From positions 253,720 through 317,719 of the forward strand of contig NW_008246113.1 in NCBI RefSeq assembly GCF_000281045.1: a stretch of DNA of 64,000 nt, given 5' to 3'. Below are positions 1 to 13,279 of the stretch, piece by piece; within the stretch, counting starts at the first letter, position 1; every line of letters starts with the position of its first letter. A program made the position numbers and the translations under genes. Source of the stretch: Saprolegnia diclina VS20 (taxonomy: Eukaryota). Below the pieces are notes generated by a model. The model did not search any database and had not been told where the DNA came from. It saw nothing but the letters and a program-made list of their open reading frames with translations.

Positions 1-2559
1 CCGCGATGCAAGCTACTTGACGACACGTATCTGGCAACGCGTGATTCGTAGCAAGCTCCCAGATGCCCGTCGCTATTGGCGCGTGGACGACATTGACCGC
101 ACTGGTAGGCGAATGCACCATAAATGTTGCAATCTAAAATTTTATGGACACGGCGCGAGAGAAAAGAGAAGGAAGGAAACAGGTGCAGCCGCTGGGAAAC
201 CGGGCACTCGTTGTATGTTTAAGCTGCTACACACCAGCACTGCGCTCTCGTGGCTGGTAGCACGACAAGGGCCTTATCCATAAATTAGACTTCAAATTTG
301 TATTAACCAAGTAATTGCAACCCGACAAACTCTAGACCTACCCCTCTGAGCCTTTTTTTACCAATCAGATGGCTAAGAAATGATATAATCAATATGACTG
401 GCGGAGACTTCTGGTTTCTGCACATTCATTGGACGCGACTTCTAATTTCCTGGCGAGAGTCTCAGTGCCTCAGAGCCACACAGAGATGGAAGAGCGCACG
501 CGCAACGTCCGAGCGCGAGTCCGAGCGGATCGACCGGGCCCGAAGACTCGGGTCGTAGCACCGAATGGAGTTCCGGTCTGCATCCTCTGCGGCATCCGCC
601 GGCAGCACACGGTGCACTGCCCGTACGCCCCGCGATCGCCGTCGTCTCGCATCCAAGTCGCACCTCTTTCGGCGGCATCCGCGACGCCTTGACGACGATG
701 CAAACGGCGCGCAAGGGCTTTTCATCCACTGTCAGCTCCCAACCGGCTGCGCTTGATACTGCTGCTGTACAGCGCGCTCAGCGTCTACCAGACCAAGGCT
801 CTGTGGACGTGTGTCTCTGCGATGTGGCTCACATGCAGTCAAGTCAACTCATCGACGTTGAAGTAAACCGCGCGACTACTTGCAACACACAAGTACGTCC
901 CCCGACGACTCGGTGCAAGAAGCGCAAGCGCGATGACAAGAACATGCCCCGGCGTCAAGTCACCCTCAACAACTCGACAAGTTGGCCGCCACGTGCGAAG
1001 TCGACCTCTACACGCGGTACCGATTGGACCGAGCGTGCAAGAAGGCATGCGACAGGACGTGTCCTCATCTTGTCGTCGCGAAGGTAGGCAAGCAATCATA
1101 CCCGCCGTGTGCGAGAAGATGTGGTTGGCGGCAGGATCGAGATGCACAACGCCTGCAAAGCACATTATAAGCTACCATAGTCATATATCGTATTCATCAG
1201 TCAATATATAAAGCTTTGCACAATCATCATGCAAGATTCGAGCACAGGTTGGTCGGAACTGATGACTGCGACGCGCTGAGCACGTGAGCAAGAGCCGCGG
1301 CGCGCTTCCCGGCTGGACACGTTGCCTGCGTCATGCGTCACACTATTAAGGTTCCACCAATAGAAAGCAGCGATTTATGGCCCATATATGTCCCTCTCGC
1401 CCAATCAGATGATGCGACTTCTGTTTGGATGCAACACGTATGGAAGGTTCGCCCACTGGTATGCTCATGCGCCTTTCTAGAGCATAGTAATCTTTCGTAT
1501 ATGTGTAGTAATATAAACACTCGTCGCTGCTTCCGTCAACGGCCCTGTGGCGTTGCACTGGATCATATTTTATTTTCAAGGCCGACTACTGTCTGCGCTA
1601 CGGGACCCACTTTGCAATCGCCGGCAAGATACTCGGCAAAACTCATCCTGGCCCGTCCCCTTGCTGGTCGTTGGTTCGTCTACGCCGTTTCGTGCTGAAA
1701 ATACGCACCGTCGCGATAAGCACGAGTAGTGAGTGGAAGCCAAGTTGCCGTTGTGCGCATGACTGATCAGACGAGGAGGTCTGCTGTTCATGCATGAACG
1801 ACGGCCTCGTGCGCCAAAATGCGTCGCTCGTCGAAACAAACTCTACTGTGCAGTGCTACCACAAGAACAAGAGAGCGCCTAAGAACATCGTCGTCCGTCT
1901 CAGAATGGAGTGGCTCTCCATCCCTAACGGCAAGGTAGTACGAGGCGAAGGGGTGCACAGTACGCAAATCAGACGCCAAATCATGAAGAACCTAGCGATG
2001 GTCAACAACGTCGCGCTCTCCTCTTCTTTTTGAAGAACAATTCTTTTCAAAGACAATGCCATTTGGGGTCTGACTACGAAATAGCGCTGGAATATACAGC
2101 TCGAATGTAAAATGGAGTAGCTTTACGCTCCATGCAGTCCCTTACCGCGGGTGCAATACATTGGAGACGACCGTATCCGCGGAGCGGGTGTCGATGTGGC
2201 ACGCGTCGCAACCTCGAGCCGCACGCTCGCGCTGCCACGTCACAAATGAAACCGCCAAAACGGCGACCGTTTTGCTGTGAACCGGTCTACGTGGCGATCT
2301 TCGATCGCTCGAAAACGAATGTATCATTGCTAATTGACAGTTCGAGCGAGCTTGTGACTTGTGTGCACCCTTCATGATAGGACGACAGCCGGAATAATCT
2401 CGTCGTCGCACGTGTCTGGTCGCCACAGTGTCGACATCGGGACAGGCGGCACTGGATCGTTCGTGCACGTTTTCAATCATTAATATACGTATCAGATCAA
2501 ATATAGTCAAATTTTTTCTTAGAGTCTTTGTGCACACATTCGCCTCTATTTCGCTTGCG

Positions 2560-4424
2560 TTACGAGCGCGGCGGTAGATTGTGGTAGTCGTTGCCAGTCA
2601 CGCGGCCAGACGTCGTGGCGCGCGGTCGCTTGGTCAGTTTCGATTTGCGTTGACCCAAGTGGCAGAGCTGGAAGCGACCGACGCTGAATTGATACCCGGG
2701 CGCAAACCGGTCGACGGGATTCGTGCGGACCAAAAGCAGTGCGAGAAAGCCTACGGCCGAGCCAATACTAAAGAGCGGCATCGCAGCCCCGTACGCAGCG
2801 ACGGTCGACTGCGTCTTGATCGCGGCGTCAAAGAGGCTCGTGAACCCGAGGCCGCCGCCGACGCCCGCAATTGACCAGCACGTGAGGATGATGCCGTGGA
2901 GCGCGCCAATGTTATAAGCCCCAAACATATCGCAGAGGAAGCACGGGATCGTGCCAAAGCCGCCACCATAGACAAACGTGAGGAGCCAGACGAGCGTCTG
3001 GAAGAGGCCATGGTTCTTTTCTTCGAGCGTCGACTGCAACACGAGGGCGATGCCGCCTTGGACGGCCAAAATGACGAGAAAAATGAGCTTGCGGCCGTCG
3101 GCCGGGTGCACGTAGCAGCCGCGGATGAGCAGGTCCGAGACCATAGGCACCATGAGGCGACCGCCAAAGTTGAAGATGCCGTTGTAGCTGACCATGCGCT
3201 CGGCGCGGTTGACGTCGTCGGGCGTGAACGCGGAGACGTTGGCGCTAAAGACGTACAGATCTAAATCCTTGAGGCGCGAGATGAGCACAAGGCCAAACGA
3301 AATTTCGAGAAAAAACATGATCCAGAGCAAGGCAAACTCGGGCGACGTCACACACGCAGCGAGCGGCAGCTGCTTGATGCGATGAAAGTAAAAGAGCTCC
3401 GAGTCGTCGAGCTCCGACTCGCGGTAGTACTCGTGCGGGTGCGCGGTAGTCTCTTCCGCGATCGGCACCTCGAGGTCTTCTGGCACAAACAAAATGACGT
3501 TGCCGTTGGGCGCGCGCCGCGGTAGTCGGGCGTGTTCGTGGGCATCGACCGTGATCTTGATGCGGTCTTGGTGAACGCCATGCATGTCCTTGCCACGCAC
3601 GGAGAAGCCCGGCGGCGGCGTCCGCATCACGATCGCGCAACCATACAGAATGAGGCTCATGCCCGCGCCAAACACCATGAACGAGAGGTACACGGGTGTT
3701 CTAATCATCATCGTCCAGCTAAATGCAAAATTTGAGAATGATTCTTACCCCCACACCTTGATCGGGTACGGGAAGAGGAGTGCCCAGAGCACGGGGCCGG
3801 CGCCAAAGCCACAGACTGCAAAGCCGCCGGCCGTGCCACGCAAGTCGGGAAACCATTTCTATCGACAATGAAACATTGAAACACTCTGAGTTTGCACCAA
3901 CAGGTTACCTGGAGCGTGGCAACCGGCGAGATGTAGCAAATGCCAATGCCCGAGCCGACGACGCCGCCGTACATGACGTACACGAGCGCCATGCTCTTGT
4001 AGTAGATTCCGAGGCCAGCACCAATGTGTCCAAGCACGAAGAGCGTCGCGCCGACCGCGATCGCGAACCGCGGGCCCGTGCGCTCGAGCCACGGGCCGAG
4101 GATCGCGGCCGAGAGGCCGAGGGAGCCGCACGCGAGGTAGAAGGCGACGACCGCGTGGCCGGCGGTCGGGTCACCAAAGATGTAGTCGTCAATGTACGCG
4201 TTGTAAACCGACCACGCGTAGAGCGACCCGACGCAAAACTGCGTGACAAAGGCCGCGAAAAAGAGGTGCCAGCGGCTAAAGGCCACGCCGCGCGAGACGT
4301 AGTAGGTGTCGCACGCGAACGGCGACGGGAGGCAGAAGAGATAGCGCTCGGCGTCGATCTGCCGCGAGGACTTTGGCACGCGCTCGACGGTCCAGTGCGA
4401 CTGGATCAGCGCGCACAAGCCCAT
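2560..4424 (-). CDS. MFS transporter, oxalate:formate antiporter (OFA)-like, 3 exons
   Basis: ORFs 3708..4463 and 2560..3711 join through GT-AG introns (~3908-3859 and ~3748-3719 or 3701). Motifs GSLYAWSVY, GIGICYISPVATLQ-KWFPDLRGTAGG, NFGGRL, YGGGFGTIP; ~12 hydrophobic segments. Confidence 0.85.
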
Positions 4425-5404
4425 GGCGCGGCGACTTGATTTGTGAGCCGCGTCACACTGCAAGTCGACTTCAACGAATCGCGTGGCGTGTCACGCTGCA
4501 CCTTGCGCCCACAACCCGCTGACGACTGGCCACTGGCGGCTGTGTGGCGCTGCAACTTTGTCGGACAGCAGTGTTGGAGCAGGATACCGTCGGCCGAGCC
4601 CAGCGCCGGTGGCATCCGGCAAGCCCTGGCGACTGCGCGCAATAATGCACTGCGTAACGTTAGTTTGAAGGTACCACGACGGGTAGCCGACAGGCGCATG
4701 GGCTGACCGTGAGTGCATACCTATTGTGCGAGTTCGCACCGAGTCGGTGTTGTCAGCAACACCAAGCTGAGACCGCAAGACCAAGTCGCTCGTGCGCTAT
4801 CTTGGCTGCTCTGATACACACGGCGACGCCACGATCGACAACAGAGGGGGCTGAGATCGATGGCTGCGGTCCGCGGGTGGCGACAGCCGCTTTGTTGTTC
4901 AATTGTCTGCAGCAGCTGTCTGCTGAGCTTTTTGCCGCTAGCCTATCGCCATATCCGAGTCTCTCAACTGTGTTGAGCTGCCATAGTAACCAATATTGTG
5001 CATGCATTGCCGGCGCGCCTTTGGTTTTGCGTCACTCTGCCATGTCACACGAGTGCGCTGCTGCGTACTACACGACCCGTAGCTCGGCAAGGGCCTAATA
5101 TAATTGTACCCTGGGTAATAGTACCGTCCTCCACGATACGACGACAGCTGGCCTACATCCAGGCTGTCTTCTCGACACGGCTGCGATTGCTCCCGACGGT
5201 AAGGCGTCGAGTCGTACCGTGGCCAAGCGTGGCAACGACGCTTCCTTCAGAGCCAGATAGCACAGATTCGAGTCGATGCGGGAGGATGGAGCAGCCAGCA
5301 GCTGGAGCGAGCGCAGTGAGGTGTGTTTTTGCGTAGCGGCCATTTTGATGCATGAACATGCACCGTCAAGATAGCAATGACCACGGCTTGTACGTGGTGG
5401 AAGC

Positions 5405-8019
5405 ATGAAGACAGCGCTCGTGCAAGACCCAGCAACACCAAGGATACCATGCGCCAAGTTGAAGCGCAATATCCGGATACACCTCGCCTATCCGGATGAA
5501 AGAGGTCACTGGCGGTTTGTACCAACGTGGGCAAGCCGGAAGATCGCAAGACGAGCATGCACTGCAGCGGCCGCGCGGACGAGCTCTCGCAGGCGCTGGG
5601 CGACATGGACATGCTCCTCCCGCCCTTCACGCTGGCCATGGACGCCAAGACAACGACGTGCCTCAAGCGCCACGAGCTGGCGGCGCTCGACGGCTACGTG
5701 CGCATCGGCCTCGGGTACGAACTGCCGACTGGTGCATGATGGCCTCATGGCCGCGCAGGCCCGAGTCGCCGACGCACGTGTTTCGGCGCGAGCACTACAA
5801 GCTCATCCTCAAGGCGCGCGACCTGGTCATGAGCATGAGCAAGGACCATTGCGAGGTCGTCTTTCGCCGAGGGAAGCTCTTTGCGACCAACTTGAGCCAA
5901 ACGTCGACGACGCAGCTCAACAAGCGCCACAGTACGTCGTCGATGCTGCCTACGGGCATGATACCATTCCTTTGGCTAGTGGACGTTGGCACGCTATACG
6001 AGCTCCACGACGGCGCCGAGCTCTGCCTCTTTGGCTGGCTCTACTATACGGTCCAGGCCACGCGATACGAGCAAGACTTGATGGCCCAGCGGCCGATCAT
6101 GCACGAGACCATGATCGCGTCCTACCTGACCGTATGCGATGATGCAATGCGCGATCTTATCCTGCATACACGTAGCATGTGCTCTTCATGAACCCGCTCA
6201 TCACGCGCACGGCCAACGCACTCCTCTTCGGCGAGGTACCGTGTCTGTGAAGGACCACTGGTATATGACAATGCTAGCGACTGAGCTTCCAGAACGAATA
6301 CCACGGGATTGCGTCGGGCCTTGCACTTGCCGAGGTGGCGTTGTGGTGCATGCTTGCATTTCGCGAGGTGCTGCTGTAGCACCCGTTTGTGGGTCTCAAG
6401 ACGGGCTTTGCGACGCTCTTCAACTTGCACAAGGCGCTCGTCGACGGCTGCTGCGTCCTCCACTTGGCCGGCCACGGGCTCCCCGGTCAGCTCTTCTTTG
6501 AAGGCGAGGCCAGTCAGCCATTGATGGGCACCGCCGTTGACGCCGAGGCCCTTGACCAATGCCTCCAGCTGGCGCCGCCATGCGCGGTGTCTGGCGTCCA
6601 GCTCGCGCTGCTGCTCGTGTGCCATTCGGCGTCGATGGGTTCATATCTCTCGGTATGGATGCGTCTGGAGTCAATTGTCGGTGGTTAGCGGGCCCGTTTG
6701 TACGATATGGCATTCCACACGTGATTGCCGTGGACGCCCAGTCCAAGCTCCAAGACTGGGTCGCGCCAGTCTTTGCCCAGTGCGTTATGTCATCCGTACA
6801 TCTCATGTCGACTACATAGATATGACGTAGGCGGCTGTACATGGAGCTCGGGACCGGGCAGTCGGTGCAAACCGCATTCGACCGGGCAATTGCAGCGGTC
6901 CGCAGCCACGACCTCAGCGGCGCCGAGGCGGTATCCCTCCTACGATACGCTCAACAACACTATGGTTACGTAGGAGAGCGAGAAGATTCTGCTCTTGCCG
7001 CCCAACGACGACCACCGCCACGTGCTCTTCCCGCCGCTGCGAGGTCGGGTTGCGACCCGAGAGCCCTTTCTCAAGCGGTTCCCGAGCCCGTTCCTGCACT
7101 TGCACGCAGCCGAGGTGCGTTTTCCTCGATTCGACAAAAATCAATTCGACGAAACTCATATTTCAACTATTTAGACGCTCGAATTTCGGCAAAAAGAGGC
7201 CGTTGTCGTACGTGTCCGCGTCCTGACACGGACGTCACAGTCACCCTATTAGGTCTCAACCTACCTCGCGCGGCCGCCGCACCACCCGTTCTTTACACGG
7301 CTCGTGGTCCTCACTGGTCCGGAAGGGGTCGGGAAGACGCATTTGGCCCGCGCTGTCGGCGACGACCTTGCGCTGCGCGGGTATTTCGACGGCGGTGTGC
7401 ATGTCATCTACGTACAAGCGTTTGCTGACACACTGGACGCGACGGCCTTGGGCCCGGACGGCTGTTATGACGCGTATCCGACGGGCTAGAATTCGACTCG
7501 ACCCTAACCCTGTAGGTGAATAGGGTCCAGGCCGAGGTCTCGGCGCGGCTCAAAGCGTTTGCAGGCGCACGCAAACAGCAGTGTCTCGTGCTGCTCGACG
7601 GCTGCGACGTGCTCATGCAGCGCCCACAGGACGCGGGACGCTTTTTCGATAGCATTCTCAGCAGCCAAACCGACTGGAAGCTGCTCGTGACCACGTCCGT
7701 TGCCAAGACGCCGCTGGAGCTTGGGTTTAGCGCGCAGTCGTATGCGCTGCAGCCATTCCCATACGAAGCGGGCGCGCAGCTGTTTGCAAAGCTCCTGGCG
7801 CGCGCTCGGTACCCGCTCTCGGTGTACCATCTGCTCGAGACGCCGGGTTTCGACTTGGAGGTGCACGCCGACGTCGACCTCTGGCGGGTCCTATCGACGC
7901 ACCCAATCTCGCAGCACGTGCTTCGAGGGCTTCCTGGCACCATTGCGCGCGTCGTCGACGAGGTTGTCGCGACTCAAACGACCGTCGATGCCTGGTTCAA
8001 ACGCTCGTTTGCACCCTAA
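5405..8019 (+). CDS. Multi-exon FHA-like / CHAT (caspase-like) protease / STAND (NB-ARC-like) NTPase protein
   Basis: Spliced reading gives VRIG..SKDHCEVVF..TNLSQTSTTQLN..LHDGAELCLFG (FHA-like); HVLFMNPL..LSFQNE..AT..VLHLAGHG..LFFE..LLLVCHS..IPHVIAV..GQSVQTAFDRA (CHAT); Walker A GPEGVGKT (7316-7339), Walker B LVLLDGCD, LLVTTS and GLPGTI. Start codon uncertain. Confidence 0.75.
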
Positions 8020-8305
8020 GTAGTTCGTCAACCCATACTGTCATGTCCGAGCGACTAGAGTGGTGCTCGAATAACGTGAGTTCCTCATGCGTCTTTGACT
8101 CTGGGAGGGCTAGGGCTAGGGTTAGGGTATGTGAACGCGTCCGGTCTTGCTGACGGAGAGAAGCTTGATACGCGCAGTGTATCGCAGTCATTTCGAGTTA
8201 CGATGGTGGTTTTGTGTAGCTATCTACCATTGTAGCGCTTGGTGTCGGCTTCAGGTGACTTTCACTTCGCCTTTTTTCAAGCTAAATGTAGTCTAGCACG
8301 CGGGG

Positions 8306-10071
8306 TTATTCGACCCACTCGCACGGCGCTTGCGTGGGCTCGACCACGACATAGGTAGGGTTGGTCGCGCCCTTGTTGATGACGATACCGAGGCTCCCAA
8401 AGAGCTCGTCCCGTCGCTCGATCGTCACGGGCAGCGACGTCAAATCGACGCGGCGCCGCAGGGCGAGGCGCTTGACCGCGGCGCCGTTGCCGGCGCTGTA
8501 GAGCACAATGTAGCAGTCGGACCCGCGCTGGCTCAGACCCGGGCACGCTCGAAAGGACGCGTCGATGTAAAAAAAATTGTAGAGCGAACAGCCGTGCTGG
8601 CGGACATAGCCGGCCGAGCGCAGAAACAGCGGCAAGAGCAGGCGCTGCTTCCAGTCGGTCGCACCCACGGTGGTATACCGCGTCGTGACGGCCTTGGCGA
8701 AGAGCGCTACGCACAAGCATGAGTCGTTGGGCGTCGATGTCCACGCACCGGTGGCGCCGCCATCGTCGCTCGGCGGAACCTGAAGAAAATACACCAGCGG
8801 AAGCGCGGCAAGCAGCAGGTGGAAGAGTAGGAACCCATACACGATTTGAGTCGTACTGGGCTCACTACCGGCGAAAATCATCTCGTAGAGCTGAACGAGG
8901 AGGTAGCTCTGGGCTTGGAGGTACGTCAACGGGCCGGTGACAAGCGTCGCAAAGACCGCGAGGACGGTCGGACTCGCCGGGCGGTACCGTGCCTCCCAGT
9001 GGTAGCGCTTAAGACCCTTCGAGACGAGCACGAGCGATCCGTATGCAAACCATGCCTAGCATCGTGAGAGTGAGAGTGTGGAGTATAGAGAGACGCGCAC
9101 CATGCGCGAGAGATACATGCAGCCGAGTGCGGCGTGGTCCAACGCCTGTAACTGGGACACGGCGATCGTTGATGAGCCGACAACGGGCACACTGAGCCAG
9201 AGGTCGAGGGCCATCGCCAATGTCAAGAGCGGATCAAGCACAAGCAGCGACGTCGGGTCGCCGACAATCACGTCGCAGCGCCTGGCCGGGAGCCGATAAC
9301 AGTGCCGGTGCAGCCGCCGAACAGGCTGCAAGTATCGGCGTCCACACAAAAGCGCCATGTACACGGTGAGTGTGAGGCGGAAGGCGAGCATGCCGTAGAG
9401 GTAGTCGGGTGTTGGAGCCAAGTGGAACATCTCGTAGACGGTATACGAATCGTTGGCGTCGTCGCTCGCACCGTCAGACATTGGCGTGAACCAGACACAG
9501 AGCACCGACGCCCGCAGCGAAAGCATCATATTCTCCTGGCATCCACCAGACGGAGACGAACTGTTCTGGACAAAGGTGCAGACAAGCGACTGGAGCCGAG
9601 CCGAGAGGAGGGCGCCCGTGTGGAGCTCGTACAGCTCGCACTTGGCCGACGTGTTGAGGGCACTTCGATAGACGTCCGTGTTGGTCTCGCGATCGTACGC
9701 GTAGCTGGCGCCACGTGCGAAGAACGTGTCGTTGTAGCTACCATCTCAGTCGCGGGGATGACGTTGTCGGTAGAGGCGTACCTTGCTCTGGCTGCGGTGA
9801 GCCAGAGAGGACTCGCGGCTGCCCACGAGAGCTGCGACGTCTGGGTGGCGACGGCCGGCGGCGAGATAGTCCACGGGAAGGGCTCGTAAATATATGCATC
9901 GAGCGGCTAATTGAGGTCGCGTGAGAGACTCGGGACTATTCAGAGAGATACGCATACGGCGAACACGATGTAGAGACTCATGAGGGCGCTGCAGACGACG
10001 GACGGTCGGTTCCAGCGGACGTCGATGGGCAGCGGCAGCTGCGGGCCCGCGAACGGCGCGACTCCTGCCAT
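8306..10071 (-). CDS. Multi-exon hypothetical multi-pass membrane protein (probable lineage-expanded family)
   Basis: ATG at 10071, then PLDAYIYEPFPW after an intron; ORFs 9056..9529 (VIVGDPTSLL, YLSRMV) and 8306..9031 carry hydrophobic helices and are linked by GT-AG introns. Confidence 0.6.
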
Positions 10072-10580
10072 CGCCGCCTGTCTACTTGATTGGTACACGA
10101 ACGAGTGGGGCAATTATAGCCGATGTGAATTTCGTAACGTTAGCGACTAAATCGAGATGGTTTTAGCTAGCACGTCACATTGGTCGTCGGCGTTGGTAGC
10201 CTTCGGGTTGTCGGGTTGGGGTTGCCGTCATTCTCCCGTCCGAACAATGAATGAGATGCCGATCCAACGCAGTGAGCAAGGACGCGCAATTCTCGAGGCA
10301 TAAATCTCATGTTTAGCTGCGGCAACAAGCCAACCCGCGCGTTTCGTAAAACAAAAGTAGGCAGAAGCCTACCGAGAAGAGCTGGCGAACGCTACCCGCG
10401 TCTAGCGACCCAAGGGCATTTGGTCACCGCTGGCCTCATTGTGGTACTAGTACTGGTACCAGTCCTTCGCGTAGACTCGCGGGATATCGCGAGTGCGGTT
10501 CACCTTCCACACGGCGTCCCTGCCGTCGGTGTGCACACCACAAGCCCAATTTCTACCAAGTGTCATCCCGCCACGCAAAG

Positions 10581-11474
10581 CTATATATCTCGGGTATATA
10601 AGGTGTATAGCGATTCTGCATATACCTTGCCATTATTGGCAGCGACGACCTGAGCATCGACGCAGCTGGCGATGGCCTTTGAGACAGTCTTGGTAAAATN
10701 NNNNNNNNNNNNNNNNNNNNNNNNNNNNNNNNNNNNNNNNNNNNNNNNNNNNNNNNNNNNNNNNNNNNNNNNNNNNNNNNNNNNNNNNNNNNNNNNNNNN
10801 NNNNNNNNNNNNNNNNNNNNNNNNNNNNNNNNNNNNNNNNNNNNNNNNNNNNNNNNNNNNNNNNNNNNNNNNNNNNNNNNNNNNNNNNNNNNNNNNNNNN
10901 NNNNNNNNNNNNNNNNNNNNNNNNNNNNNNNNNNNNNNNNNNNNNNNNNNNNNNNNNNNNNNNNNNNNNNNNNNNNNNNNNNNNNNNNNNNNNNNNNNNN
11001 NNNNNNNNNNNNNNNNNNNNNNNNNNNNNNNNNNNNNNNNNNNNNNNNNNNNNNNNNNNNNNNNNNNNNNNNNNNNNNNNNNNNNNNNNNNNNNNNNNNN
11101 NNNNNNNNNNNNNNNNNNNNNNNNNNNNNNNNNNNNNNNNNNNNNNNNNNNNNNNNNNNNNNNNNNNNNNNNNNNNNNNNNNNNNNNNNNNNNNNNNNNN
11201 NNNNNNNNNNNNNNNNNNNNNNNNNNNNNNNNNNNNNNNNNNNNNNNNNNNNNNNNNNNNNNNNNNNNNNNNNNNNNNNNNNNNNNNNNNNNNNNNNNNN
11301 NNNNNNNNNNNNNNNNNNNNNNNNNNNNNNNNNNNNNNNNNNNNNNNNNNNNNNNNNNNNNNNNNNNNNNNNNNNNNNNNNNNNNNNNNNNNNNNNNNNN
11401 NNNNNNNNNNNNNNNNNNGTGCAGTTGGGCACCGAGCACTGGAAGCGGCGGTCGTCGTCGTCGAGGAGGGTCAT
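10581..11474 (-). CDS. C2H2 zinc-finger paralogue, mostly hidden in the gap
   Basis: MTLLDDDDRRFQCSVPNC runs into the gap and matches neighbours' N-termini (DDDRRFVCPIDGC, DRPFQCPVDGC). The 3' end is a guess. Confidence 0.6.
   Translation of the reverse strand: MTLLDDDDRRFQCSVPNCXXXXXXXXXXXXXXXXXXXXXXXXXXXXXXXXXXXXXXXXXXXXXXXXXXXXXXXXXXXXXXXXXXXXXXXXXXXXXXXXXXXXXXXXXXXXXXXXXXXXXXXXXXXXXXXXXXXXXXXXXXXXXXXXXXXXXXXXXXXXXXXXXXXXXXXXXXXXXXXXXXXXXXXXXXXXXXXXXXXXXXXXXXXXXXXXXXXXXXXXXXXXXXXXXXXXXXXXXXXXXXXXXXXXXXXXXXXXXXXXXFTKTVSKAIASCVDAQVVAANNGKVYAESLYTLYTRDI
10700..11418. other. Assembly gap (run of N)
   Basis: Run of 719 N. Confidence 1.
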
Positions 11475-12680
11475 GGGGATAGGAAGAGAGCTGTCGTGGG
11501 CGAGCGCAAGCATGATCTTGGTCGTCTTAGCCTGGCTCCATATATGGACGGGGCAGGAGGTTTGGGATACCTGGTCAAACCAACAATGACTTGCTCGCTG
11601 CAAGTGCAATCTGTGTTGGTAACCGTGCCTTTCCACTTCGTCGCAATCACTGGATCCAGGCAATATAGCCATCGGATTGGCTAAAAAGATTGCAATTTGG
11701 CGCGCTTGGACGAATACGCACTTTTAACTGGACAAAATACGTGAATAAGCCACGTGATTGGATAAAAAGAAATTACAGGTGGTCCTATCGACGCGATTTG
11801 ATTGGCACACAGCCATCTGGTACCCGCCTATCGGACTCAGTAAATCGAAACAGGGACGGGCTCAGTGCCGTGGCGCGGCTCGTCGAGTATACAAAATCCG
11901 AGTGCTTTGCACCGCGCTGAGTGTCTCTGGCGTGCAAATTTTGGCTTGCGACGACACCGAAGCCGAGGCCAGGCCACGGACTCGAGCACCACGGGCAGGC
12001 GGGCGGTCGTCGCTGGCCCGCAACGGGGGCTTCGAGTGCCTTTCGCACCGGAAGCGCAGTTGCTGCCCTGTCGCTCACGTGCGACACAAGTGTTGAACCC
12101 GCTGGAACGAGGACGAAGGACGTTGACAGTGTTGATAGTTGATGGCTGTCGCCAGCCGCGACACCCCAAGCCATTTTTTCCGACGGGCTTTTGTGCCGAC
12201 GCCAGTCCGCTCTAGGGGCGACCATGATGATGCAGTGTATATACACACCCAGAATGACGTGGTTGTCCGGCGGCGGGTACCTTCTTGCGTGTCGTGCTCA
12301 CGGCGGGATCACCTGGGTCATGCGCTGCGATTTTTTGTCGTTGGCCATAGCTATCCGGATAGGTGACCTCGCATCAGCAACCCGCACCATCCTGTCGCTT
12401 ATGTTGATGTCTAGTTCAAACCGGAGCGACGTCGCCTTCGCTCAAGAGAGCCGAATACGTCCTCTGCCCAAGCAACCGCTTGGCGATGCAGCTTTTACAT
12501 GCTGAGAAAAGTATGAGTTTCACAGCCAGTGCTCCAGCCCGCGGACGGCTACGGTGCGCGCTAGAACCTGTAAACGTCTTGGCGAGTAGTACTACTGGCG
12601 ATGTCAGCGGCCTCCGACTTTGACGCTGACAAGGGACACGTAAAAATGCATTGTGGGTCATTTCAGTCTTAGAGACGATA

Positions 12681-13274
12681 CTAGTACATCCCACCATCGC
12701 CAAACAACAGCCCCTCAACGCTGCAAAGGTTGGCGAAGCTCAACGTGGGTGCTTGGATCGGCTCGAAGTCGGCTGATTCGCGGGGCATGGCAATCTCTTC
12801 GGCGATGCGGCATCGCTGCTTCTTCGCACTGCCAAGCAGCTCGTTGTCGTCGGAGAGGAGCTGGCTTAGGTCCCTCCACATGCTCGATCGCGCATCGACT
12901 TCGGTGCTCGTATGCATCTGCATGGTCATGTGCCGCGACAAGTTGCCGGACGTCGAGAAGGACCGCCCGCAGATATGGCAGACGTACGGCTGCAGTCCGA
13001 CGTGCGTTGAGAGGTGGCGCACGAGCTTCTCGCGTGAGCAAAAGGTCTTGGCGCACGCGTTCCAAGCGCAACCAAACGGCTTTTGAACGCGGTGCGTATG
13101 CGAATGCCGGACAAGATTGCCAGATGTGGTAAAACGCTTGCCGCAGTTTGGCTCGACGCAGACGAATGGCCGCAGTCCCAAATGTGTCTTCTGGTGCTCG
13201 TGCAAGGTAAACTTGCGCTTGAAGCGCTTGTTGCAGCCGTCAACGGGGCAGGCAAAGCGTCGGTCGGGCTCCAT
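12681..13274 (-). CDS. C2H2 zinc-finger transcription factor (4 fingers)
   Basis: Four C-x2/4-C..H-x3/4-H fingers with HLGLRPF, HRVQKPF and HVGLQPY linkers; intronless. Confidence 0.9.
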   Translation of the reverse strand: MEPDRRFACPVDGCNKRFKRKFTLHEHQKTHLGLRPFVCVEPNCGKRFTTSGNLVRHSHTHRVQKPFGCAWNACAKTFCSREKLVRHLSTHVGLQPYVCHICGRSFSTSGNLSRHMTMQMHTSTEVDARSSMWRDLSQLLSDDNELLGSAKKQRCRIAEEIAMPRESADFEPIQAPTLSFANLCSVEGLLFGDGGMY

Positions 13275-13279
13275 GGTGT

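Noticed and set aside
429..692. CILCGIRRQHTVHC zinc-knuckle-like motif (possible gag remnant)
   Set aside because: Spacing differs from CX2CX4HX4C and no pol or LTR is evident nearby.
10581..11672. Long ORF-track entries spanning the gap
   Set aside because: Artefacts of translating N; only the zinc-finger start at 11474 is supported.
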